Assembly (NCBI GenBank): GCA_910592345.1
Contig: CAJVPI010000090.1
Span: 1-56,557 of the forward strand
From: Paraglomus brasilianum
Lineage: Eukaryota
Direction: 5' to 3'
DNA length: 56,557 bases
Part shown: positions 23,601 through 35,108 of the stretch, in pieces
How positions within the stretch are numbered: the first letter of the stretch is position 1
How the letters are laid out: the number at the start of each line of letters is the position of its first letter
The notes under the pieces: model-generated
What the model saw: the letters and a program-made list of their open reading frames with translations, nothing else
Database searches by the model: none
What the model was told of the DNA's origin: nothing
Position numbers and translations under genes: made by a program

Positions 23601-23726
23601 TTCAAGTCGCTTTTTTCTCTCATTGAAGTCTTCGCGTGGCAGGGGTGTAGGTGTATGTAGATTGTCCACTTCGCTAAGGACAGTCATAGGTCTTGATTTT
23701 ATGGGGTCTACTTTATCCTTGTTCAT
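20689..23726 (-). CDS. Multi-exon low-complexity protein with 45-aa repeats and a CKAP2-like C-terminus
   Basis: ATG 23726 (MNKDKVD..ERKKRLEAFKKKK) and long exons matching track ORFs 22081..23292 and 21083..21643. Terminal exons give VITPVR|RSAR...YAYVPNP|AL. Internal exon borders were not all resolved. Confidence 0.6.
22186..22700 (-). repeat. Coding tandem repeat, 135-bp unit, about 3.8 copies
   Basis: tcctt(c/t)gcga recurs at 22286, 22421, 22556 and 22691; unit AKDxxQxDIxTxQTPNRLESxxxTPRSAVRIxNPSxNxSTSKQxI. Confidence 0.95.
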
Positions 23727-24735
23727 GTTTTCTGCAGAGCCTTGAGGGATAAACAAAATCAACAGGGTGAAGCTGGTCGGGTCATTTGTCGCGAAGTAAA
23801 TTTGTTTATTATTATACAACAAGCGCGACGCGCCAAATATGGAAAGATCGAATGATTGGTACAACGCTTACCATTATTACTATTTACCCAGAAGGAATAC
23901 AATGCAAAATGGTGTTCAGACTAATATTAATGTATGGGCCATAGTTATCATATGATTCTGTCTCTTTTTCTGCTCTTCTTTTGCTCTCTATATCTGAATA
24001 ATCAATAATTTCTAGGACAAATGGAGAAACGATGGTGCAGTCTCAAATTAATTTGTGTTACAACAATAACAACCAGTATTCAAGATTCTCTTATTTATTA
24101 ATATGTAGTCTGCTTTCAACTTCCTGAATCCCTCATTAGTTTTTTCCAATTCTTCCACTTTTTCATCTCGATCTGCTTGGTTTCTTCACAAGATTTTCAT
24201 TATAGATGTAGTCTCAATTTCTAATGATTTTTCTGCCATCTCTGCATGTAATTTATCTCTTATTATTACTTTACTATTTAATTCTTGTAAAACTCCAATA
24301 AAGTCTTAGTATTAGTGAGTTTTTATTTTGGTATCTAATACTGCTGCAGCAATTTGTTCTGTTTGTTTTTCAATAATTAATTCCTTTTTCTTCAATCCTT
24401 TTCTAACTCAGCATTCTTTTTTCCAGAAGCATTTGCTTTCCTTCAGTTCCTTATTTTCCTTAAAATAAAGGTCAAAAAAATGTCCATAATATCATACTTT
24501 GTTAACAAAACTTTTTACAACATTCTCAGGAGTAAATTCATCACTAAAAACCACTCTTCCAAATCCAGTTAAACTTCTTTCTGGATAACTTACTCAACCA
24601 TTTTTAGGTCATTAAAATCCTTGTAAGGTTTTAAAGTTACAACTCTATATTCTTTAACAGCATTATCAACTGTATTTCAAATTCTTAACTTCTAAACAAC
24701 CTATTATTTTCTTGAAGTTTTCCTAATATATAATA

Positions 24736-26705
24736 CACTATCTGGACAAAAGTATTAGTCACCCTAACTTTGTTAATTGCTCAAAAATGTACATAATAAT
24801 TGGGACTAACATTTTATATGTTATAGTCTAACTTCTTCTGAATCTATATATAAGACTAATACTTTGTTGGCCAGCCCTTGCTTGCAATACATGCTTTGAC
24901 CCTTCTAGTACTAGGCATACTTTTAGTTAAATTCATTAAAACATTGTTGGGAATTTGGCCCCATTCCTCCTGTAATGCTGTCTCAAGTTCCCTTACATTT
25001 TTAGGCAAAATCGAACGGTTTCTAATAGTAATAGGCCTGTTCAATTCTGTTCCGTTCCAATTTGTGTCAACCCTGATTGGCGGCTTCAAAATCACATGAT
25101 TGGATCGAATCGGCACGAAAAATTTGCAACGTCCATTCGTTCTTATCACACATGCATTTAGGCCTCAATGGCAAACTTCTCTAGCATAGACTGTTTAGAA
25201 AAATTTAGTACACCCTCTACAATGGTGTCTCAGCCCAAGAAGAGGGGGAGACCAAGGAAAACAGTGCCTGAAACTGGGAAAGGACGCGTTCTCTCACCTA
25301 AACAACTGGCCAGAAGACAGGACATAATAATAACTCTGGTGAGATCTTTGTCACCTTTTACAACATGTTTGTGTTTTAATTACCTGTGTTTTCTTCCTGT
25401 CTAGCTCCTCCTCTTCGTCTGAAAGTTCGTCGCGCTCGTTTTATAAAAATGTTGACAAATAAAAGGTCGTATTGCGGAAAACGGTTCTGAGGGCTTTCGG
25501 GAATATGGAGTTTTTGTAAAGAATAACGCTTGAAGTCTTTGAGTGGTGTTAAGACTTACGATTAGCATGACGTATCCCTCCGTGATTTCCGATGAGTTAC
25601 ACCACCATTCCAAGCCAGCTGCGATTCCGTTCACAACCGCTCAAAGAATGTAGGACCAAATAACGAAACAGATTTCGATATATCGGGTCAGTTACACCAG
25701 AAAAGAAACAGATTTTACCCGATGCGGACGAATTTGTTTCCTTTAATTTAATCCTCATGTATTTACTAGTTTTAGAGTATAGGGCAGCGCAGCAGGCGCA
25801 GAACTCGAAATAGATATACAAACAGTCATAATTTCCTTAGCAAACGGTGTCTTCGGTTGAACAGATTCGATTTTGAATCTGATATTATATTCCTTAATAT
25901 TATTAGTTGATCAAATCCGAACTTATATTGTATTCTCTGATCTATATTGTGGAGAACCGATAAAGCTTGAAAACGCTTTCTTGATCGGTGTTTGATAGAA
26001 TCGATCTTGTCCTCGATTTTATCGTCCATTGACAATAAAGATTTATAATTAATTCAGATAGCGCAATTGTTAGAATAGTTTCACAACCTATAGGCTTTCG
26101 ACCTAATCCCGCCGAGAGAAATAGACGCATTTACTCGAGGTTAATTATAAATCCAGAGAAGGCGTACGCAAGAACCGAACCTAGTATCGTGAGCGTTTAA
26201 ACCCAACTTAAAGGTCACCAAACGTCAATAGCGGATTTACCGCAGTATAGAGGTAATCAAGGATCTCGTTGGAAAAAAGCTAAATCCCAATGTCAATATT
26301 CGTTCCGCTCTCCCCCGAGTATTGGCTCGACAGTGGGATATGTGAAACTAAACGTGGAACGGGAACGCGGAATTTTGTCCTCAATTTGCACCGATTTCGA
26401 TACAAATTTGATGTCGAACAGAGCTAATGCGTCTTTCCAGTTCTGACCGTGAATGTTCAATAGGTTCAAATCTGGTGATTGGTTTGGCCAATTAGGTAAA
26501 GTTCTGATCTTCCTTTCTGCAACCCATTCATTAACATCTTTTGCAGTGTGAATGGGTTTTGAAACAAATACCCTTTTTCACCAAAATCTCTACTAATCAA
26601 TGGTAATAAATGGGTTTCAAGTATTTGGATATAATCGAATCTGTCCATTTTTCCTTCCACTTTTACCAATGGGCCTAAGCCTTTGCCAGAAAAACAACCC
26701 CACAT
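24736..26705 (-). mobile_element. Tc1-like transposon remnant (3' half), interrupted by a nested insertion
   Basis: End TA|CACTATCTGGACAAAAGTATT at 24734. Transposase pieces WGCFSGKGLGPL..WPNQSPDLN.IEH (26705-26424, frameshifted) and LETALQEEW..SMP..RVKACIASKGWPTKY* (25026-24856). Confidence 0.85.
25027..26424. mobile_element. Unclassified ~1.4-kb insertion inside the Tc1 transposase
   Basis: CTAAT occurs on both sides (25022-25026, 26424-26428). Short imperfect inverted ends GGCCTGTTC / GAACAGAGC. Deleting the insert restores ELERRI-RNRS. Confidence 0.65.
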
Positions 26706-29090
26706 ATCTTGTTCGGATCTAGAGAGAGCTTGAAACGCCTCACGTAATTCGGTAAACTTTTCTTTTGGAATCTTTTTGTGCAACCACAATTACGGCCTAT
26801 TTCCAAGAAACGCATGGCTTTTTCATATTCAATCAAACCATTATAATTATAATTCTCCATATATGGGTAATCCTATATGTCTTTGCAATTACTTCCGACT
26901 TTCAATAATGAATATGCAAGCATCACTATTTCTATTCAATTTTGCAACATCTCGGTTGATCAAATAAATCTTGCGTTAGTTTTTTATATTCCGTGGTATT
27001 CCAAGCAGGTGCAAACAAGAATGCTGCAACTTGATAACTACAATGATAGTTATGTTCATTTGATGCTAAACTATGAAACCAGTCTTTTTGGTCTCTACAG
27101 CTATTGTAATAATAACTTTTACATAACCTAATTTATAAAGTTATCATAGCTTCAATGCTTCTTATTCTCATCTATGACCAACTTTCTTTTCAGTATTCTC
27201 TTCATCGTGGAATATTACGGTCGGAAATTAAATGGGGGTTTGGGAGAACGATTTATCTTTCGCAAAGGTGTGTTAGTCAACCGAGGGGCCAGGCTTAGCT
27301 CGTACTAGCGCCCTTACTACGATAGTTGTACAATTAAGGCTGAATTAAACCTCAAGTGACCTATTTTAATTATGCGCGCTTTTCACTCCCGTCCGAGTTT
27401 CAAACACTCGTGAATACAAATAAGGGTACCTTCAATAGAACAATAACTATCGCGAGGAACTTTTATTCAATAGAACAATAACAACAATTATTCTATTAAA
27501 GAATCGAAGGGGAATAATATTAAACAGGGCTATCTTCGATTTGTTTGTCGACTAGTCGGTATCCGTCACTTGTCTCACTAAACTAATTAAACAATAATAA
27601 ATAATCGTCTCGATAATTAATTATGAACTCTCGTTCCGTTATTCACGTAATTGGGACAGCTTACTAGCTTGATCAAATCAATGCTCTTCCAGGTGAGCCG
27701 TTTATTGGAGTGTCCGGTCTAATATTAAACTATGTATATTTATAAATAAGGGATTTCCGGGAGAATCCTACTAATATCAGTAGTATTATTTTATTTCACA
27801 ACAATATTCGAACTTGTAAGGAATATGGGCTACTTATATAACTTCGAGCGTTGCGGAAAAAACGCAACGCTCTTTTATCTATTTCTAGAAGAACACTTAA
27901 ATATAGCGTTTTGCAACAATTTTGTTTCCTAATGTAGCGGGCACCCGTTCGTTGCGGATTTTTCGAAACGCTTTTATTACTAAATTAATGCTTTTTGTGA
28001 AATTAGTGTTGATCACGGGTTTGTTTGACTGCGGAGGAAGATTTTATTATGTGACCTACTTATCTGTCGTAAGTAAAGACCGATTTGGAGTGGAAGAGTA
28101 AATTAGATTTAAAATCCCTTGCAATTTTGTTGACACGTTCCTGTCAATGCAACACAAATGGGCTGTGCATTTCTATCTATGGAAACAAATACTAGTACAT
28201 GCATTTACCTCTATAGCCACAAAATGTCGAAAGTTTGACTCAAGTAAGGAATTGTTGGTTATCCATAACAAGCCGTGTAGTTAGGAAAGGCTACTACTGA
28301 CCGATCTCCTGTAATCCTCTGTGAATAATATGTTAGTAAAGTGAATAAATGTGATTGTAGACAGTATTTCATACCAGTGGATCGTTGACATTTTCGACAG
28401 CAGAATGAACATTTTCAATTGTCGTCGCAAAGGTTTCTGCCGTGATACTTATTAATAACCTAGTGACTTTAACCTGCAGTTGATGAAAAGAAGCGCATTA
28501 ATAAAACGCCAATTTATTAGAGCAAGCAAGAAAGCTACAACTTGTGCAACTGATCTTGTAGATTTCTGTTCAGTTCGGTTTATTCCAAAACACGTTGACG
28601 TCGTGAAAAGTAACAATAAACAAATTAATAAGTAGTAAAAGTATAGCTCATAGTTTACACGGAATTGCACACTACCAAAGCAGTACAACGGACATTTCGA
28701 CCATAAGGTAGATAATGCCGTAGTTGTAAGGGTTCCATTTCCCATAGCAGACATTCCGACCATAAGGTAGACAACATTCCGATGTCACCGTAGCTCCTTC
28801 TGCTAACGTAGTGTCAAGAAAACGCTAATAGGAAATTAAGGCACATACTTTGAAATTTTTGTTCAGCTGACGAGCGACTTTTTTCGTTTCTGTCGAACCA
28901 TACTCCACAAAATGCCTTCAGCTTGTAGGATTTCTTCTGAAAAGAAAAGGTAAAATCTGTTGGCTTAGAAAGATGTAGTTTTTAGGTTAAACTTTGTCAA
29001 AATAATCGCTCTACTTGTTTTGTTAATAGGGACGCGCACCAGCACTTTTCGATGCATAATCTGAAGTCACATGACAATTTCAACTATTAA

Positions 29091-29179
29091 TACATGCACC
29101 CTCCATATATGCACACTCTCCATATATGCATGCTCCAGCTCATTCCCAAAGGGCATGCATATGTGGAGGGTTGACTGTA
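29091..29179. mobile_element. Tiny MITE-like or TIR remnant (Tc1/pogo type)
   Basis: tacatgcaccctccatatatgca and tgcatatgtggagggttgactgta form an imperfect inverted repeat. The right end reads TA-CAGTCAACCCTCC on the minus strand. Confidence 0.5.
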
Positions 29180-29436
29180 TACTGTATAAGAACACTAATA
29201 GACTACCAGGATTTGGTCAGAACTACTATGTTCAGTGACTATAGGGAAGATGGAGGTGACTATAAGGAAGTGACTGTACTTAAAAACATCAATTAACTGG
29301 GTGCTTTCAAGCAGTTTAAAACCAAACATTTATTCACTGCAACATAAACAGTATTTTTGCTGACTGCCATTAATTTTTTTCCTGGACTGTAATTTGTGTG
29401 AATAATCAAAACGTCATTAGTCAAATTAGTTAACCT

Positions 29437-29492
29437 TCAGCCACACTAGCCATTTTTGATTCACTTTGTCTGGTTTTGTTGCAGTCTGCCCC
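29437..29492. repeat. Solo transposon terminus, copy D
   Basis: Exact 31-nt motif at 29462-29492 plus cagccacactagc shared with copy C; followed by aaat. Confidence 0.8.
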
Positions 29493-32400
29493 AAATCAAG
29501 TTTTCAATTTTACATACTAATGTTACTATTCGTTTTTGAAATCCATTGTTGAGTTACATACATTTGTTTATTACTGTTTTTTCTGGTATATTATAAAATA
29601 AGCAGTACAGTTAATTAAACACTATGTCCTAGTAATAGTAATACATTTCAACGGCACTATAATTCTGTTAATTCACTAAAAGAGAGAATTTATTAAAAAA
29701 GTAATAGTAAAGATTAATATTGTTTGTTGCTTAACAGCTTACCCTCAATCTAATATTCAAACAATAATAGTTTATGTTTGTTTTGCTATAAAACAAACGT
29801 AGAATCAAGTGGACTACTTTGGCGAAAATAAACTATTATATCTTGTGAAAATTTGAACAAGAGACAGAAACCTGTCTTTTTATTTAAAAAGTGTGGTAAC
29901 AAACACACAGAGGTCTACAAGACTGACTTGGATTTGCTGCTGTAGCAAACCGGGCTTAAACTACGAGGATAAAATACTTTGGTAAAAAGTTTAATACAAC
30001 ATTATTTTTACCAGTAAAAAATAAGTTATAAATAATAAAAGTAATCACATGACGGTTTTTGTACTTAAAACTTCTTACAAAGCAAGTAAGAACGGAGTAT
30101 AAGTTGCTGCGGAAAATAACAGTGTGGACTGAAAATTAAACAGCCTTTTTTGCGATTCAAATTTAGAGTTTGTCTTGTTATGTAAATTTCACACCACGCA
30201 CAGTAGCTGTCTGGGCCGAGTTAGAGTCCCACATCTAACGGTAGTGCTTATCAATTTGCGTACTAATACTTGAAAGATCGGGTGCAAATTGCTTGTTGAA
30301 AATTAAGCAGCTTACATTTGTTATCCCAAAGGACAAGTAAACAATGTTATCAAACTCCAATTGTTGGTATATGAAAATAGTTTTTGTGTTTATTTTGTTT
30401 ATCATAAATCGATTTTCTCGTATCAATCGCTTGTTATCGTTCACAACGCGTACTCTTGATCAATTTGTGGTTCATACCATTCCGTAATTGATCGAACCAT
30501 ACGCCTTCTATTTTAAGAACAGTTCTACTATCAAAAGTCCAGTCTTAATTTTTACTGGAGTTTTACGCATGCGTACATGTTAATGCATAACACACATAGA
30601 TTATGCATAATAAATTATGTGCAGTTTCACAAGGAAAAAGTTTTCTCTTGTACGTCGAAAGAATTGCCTTGTGAAATATTCTGAAAATCGTCTGAAAATC
30701 GTCTGAATATTATTCTAGAGCCAGACTTGTCGTAAAGTATTTCGATAAACCAATTTGTTAACATTTCTGTGATTGATATCCGAATTCGAGAAAGGCCAGT
30801 TGGTTATTATCTTTGGACGATAACGAATAATGGCAAAAACCAGCCGATCCCAGCATTCAAGGTTAAAATGGTTACAATCGATTGTCAAGTATTCTGCCTA
30901 TTATCTTCATTATCGTTTGTGTAGCACACCGATTTACTTTTTAATTCTGATAGATTTTGTACGCCCCGATGTGTATCGTATCGTCTTTGGAGTAGTTTAT
31001 AGTGGACAAACTGCCAAAAAAGCTCGACCCCAACGAAATGCATATCACTAAATAGAATAGTTAGAGAAACGAGCAAAGTACGTTTCCGTATATATATGTA
31101 TATGGAGGAATCGCAAACGGGCCATTAACGATTCGGAAACCATGATGCAAGAGAGCTTTTATATTACGTAGATGAAGAAGAGCGTGTTGGGATGTGATTT
31201 CCAGGATGTACACAGAAACGCACGGGGAACAGAGACCAAATCTTATTTGCTTTCGAATAATTATGTAATAACTTACTATTTCAATGTTAACTGTCAAACT
31301 AGACTAGCAAACCATCTCAAAGCTTAACCCGAGATTGTAAATATGTAATTGAAGCCAAGCATAATACAAGCAGGAGATTAGCGAAGAGTACAAATTGCGA
31401 ATCTTTATTCAGTAGAACTATTATTTAATTATTTGGTTGTACCGAATGTAAATATCCTTGTCTTTCGAAAGAATCGTGGCCATTTTTGCCCAGCGATATG
31501 AGGTTTTTCCCGGGGTTGACCAAACAAAGACTACGGAGGAAGTAGCAAACCGTTCCAAGAGAGAGCGCGATATAAGGCAGATTGTGAAAACAAAACCATT
31601 TTTATAGAATGTACGAACGCTATAAACGACGGGAGCGACGACTCCAAGATCGGCCATCAAAATGGACTCGTTTCATTCGCAGTTCTCATGCAGTGTGCTT
31701 GTGCAGATCAATCAATGCACATGAGATTCGGTCGACGTACTACCATCCACTTCTTTACCACAAACATTGCAGCAATATCGATTGAATCTATCAGTAATAA
31801 ATTTGTGGCATCTGGTCTCGTCATGTTTGTCGATAAAAAAAAAGCGCCAGACTATACATGATGCGTTATCATTGTTATCGATTTTACTAGAACGCTCGTA
31901 AAGGAAAAAGCGGCTTATCGCTCGGAGCCGTACATGTACAGAGTCACATCCTTACCCAATTTGTTCGATATTCGCAATATCCTCATCAATGACATAATAC
32001 CTCTCTAAATTTTGTACGACAAGCAACAACCGTTTTGTCTGGTGTACCCCATGCGGTCATTTATTAGCTTCATGTAAGAGGACTAGAGCAATTATAGTAT
32101 GCAACAAAATGATGCCCGAAAGTTCTTTTTTTCCCCCACATATTCCCTCAAGGCCTTATTCTCATTCACATGATGTCACCTAAAAATTTGTTAGAAGTTA
32201 TTGCGAAAACCGGTTGGTTTACCAGACACACGGGCTGAGAAATAACTTTAACGTAACATGGCACAAGTTGTTATACATAAAGAGAGAGAGAGAGAGGTAG
32301 CATCTTCAATTGAGAATTTATACAACCAGATTTTGTATGGATGTCTCGAAAGTAACTTTTGGGTATCACCAATTTTGTTTAAAGGGAAGAAACGACACCA

Positions 32401-33823
32401 ATTCAACGTAATTGAAAGTCTTGAGTAACAACAACTTTTAATTTGGTGGAACTACTAATTCGGTATTGGGAAATGGGGTGGTTAATTCTCTTCCTTGAAC
32501 AATTGCGTGTGCAATTAACATGTATTGAGACATTGCACTAAAGCACGATATTTATGGATGTAAATGTTGCTTCAGATTGTGACAACCAAACTAAAATCCC
32601 CATCGTACTACTACTATCAGGCGTGACCTCCTGCCTGTTACAATAATTATACGCAATAGTATATGGCGAACTATAATTCGTAGATGAGTTCTTGATTGCA
32701 AAAAAAAAAAAAGTTTTCTGCGAAGGCGATCGTTCCATTGCATCGTCGTTCAAACGCAGGTTATTTGTAACGCTGTTTCCGTCCTAAACCGTAAATAGAA
32801 CGACAACCCCAGATAAAGCATCACAATAACTTTTGTCTAATTACGACGTTTATTCATCCGCCTTCCTATTGAGGATTGCATCACAGCCAGTGGGCAAGTA
32901 ATTATGTAAACGATAGCCAACCGGTTTAAACTGAAACAGGGAGATGGAGAGAATTATAAGAACAGCGGTATATGACAAGATTTTGTGGGTGTGCATATGC
33001 GTTTTCGAATTGTGTAAATGCAAGTGAAACACAGTCATGTGGAGGTGACTGATCTTTGTAATACATGATAATAATAAATAAATATTTCAGTATTAAAGTT
33101 GGTAAACTTCTATTAATAGTGTCACTAGATGGGTGATACTATTATTGCTCAAAAAAAAAAAAAAATTCGCTGATCGACCGAATATTAATGTGATATTAAA
33201 TGGTAAACAGTCACAGTGTTCTCGTATTGCCACACCAATATCGATGTAAAAAACTGCTATTCCTATTTTATCTTGTATGAAAGATTTTTCGTATTCCACC
33301 AATGCCCAATATTAGCTGTTTCACCGTGTAATGTCCCAATTCTCTAAAGAAGGGTAGGCCATGAGGTTACGCACGCTTTTTCCTCTGTGGGACATAAGAC
33401 GTAAAGTATTCGTTTCACCAACATCGCTTTCGCTGCAGCAGACGAATAGTGTGACATTAACAGCGGACAATCACTCAATCGCTCAGATTAAACAGACAGC
33501 AACACAATCTTTGTACTCATCCGAGTAACCCCACAACAGCAGAATGCAAACTGGTATTAATAATTCGGATGAGAGAGAGCAGAAAGAGGCATTATCTAAA
33601 GACTCCAATTAACAATGAGGAAACGGTCAATCCAAAGCCTGACTGAAAGCTTGTAGGCAAACAGGTTTGTGGCAATAAACGGTAAGCGGACAATGTGGGA
33701 ATTGCGTTATAAGGAAGTTTACCAAAAACACCCATGTTTTTTTTTGTTAATATCCGAGAACATTCGGGAACATAATTGTTGTAAAATTAGGTATGCATTA
33801 AAAAGTGTGCATTAAAGTGCCAT

Positions 33824-33913
33824 CACCAACTACACCAACGCCAACATCTACACCAACACCAACATCTACACCAACACCAACACCAACACCAACACCAAGC
33901 AAGCGCCAACACC
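33824..33913. repeat. (ACACCA)n-type microsatellite
   Basis: Imperfect hexamer run visible directly. Confidence 0.9.
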
Positions 33914-35108
33914 ATACAACGACTCAATTTTAACGGTTTTTACAATTACAGCCAACTACTGGACAAGATATTAAAAAATGAATGAGATGGGTTATTGCAA
34001 TATATTAAATGTGTGCAACAATTGCTTCTCCACTACAAGTTTTCTATTAGTTACATCAATAACATGATTATAAATACAATATATGCAATGCTACATGTTT
34101 TAATACTACATACCGAACACTAAGATATTTTAATATCCAAAATGATTATCTATTTGCCCTGCTTTGGCATATTATACATTCCCAGTCTTATATTAACCCA
34201 TCCAATCAGCATTCCACATAATTCGTTCTTTACTGCTTTTGGCAATAACCAACCACAGAAACTCGTACATTCGACTACTTTTTACTGTCTTACCATGTAC
34301 TCTATACTTGCTGTATTTGTTTCAGTGCGTTTCGGTCGCCAGCTGTCCTTCCTCCCTCTTGCGTTCAGGCATCTGTTGCTCCACCTTCTCTTCCACTCCC
34401 CCCCTCTGTCCCCTTCCCTACTCTAATATTCTCATTACTGGCAACTGACCCTCGACCTTGTCGTTGTCTCTGTCCTCTAGTTGTTCCCCTATCCACATAT
34501 AATTGAACCTGGTGTGTATTATCCAAGCAACGTTTGCTCTTCCACTCCCCTCCCCTCCTCCCTCCCCTTCAAGAGAAGTTGCATTCAAACCCGTTTTTAT
34601 CACGAATAGCCACCAGTCAATATATTCTTCTACCCTTCCCAAGTTGGTGCACCCTTGTATTTATTTATAGCAGCAGACCACACTCTCTCACCACGTGTAT
34701 ACTCTATAACTTGGCATTACGGCAGTTGGCAATCCGCGTCGAAACTTCCACCCAATACTTAATATAATACCTGGTTGGCCACATCTCCGCCTGAGACACA
34801 GCCACCGGGATATTTTGGTCTTTAATATAGAACATCGCCAACCTATTTGCAACATCCTCATTCTTAATATATAAAGCCATGTCAACAGTCTTTATGCATT
34901 TATAGAGCAATACACTTTGAACCATTAGGGAGTTAGACATTTACATACATTCCTACCACCATACATACTTGGGGACAACTACTCTTAATAGAATCTAATA
35001 ATACACGTGTACGGCAACAATTCTACTTAAAATTAGACGTTCGAAAGATTGTTAGAACTCTATATAGACTCTGGAACACACTCCGAGCATTTATATTTTA
35101 ATAGGACA

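Noticed and set aside
30200..34950. Many 60-95 aa ORFs
   Set aside because: No recognisable motifs or consistent exon structure; treated as intergenic or UTR.
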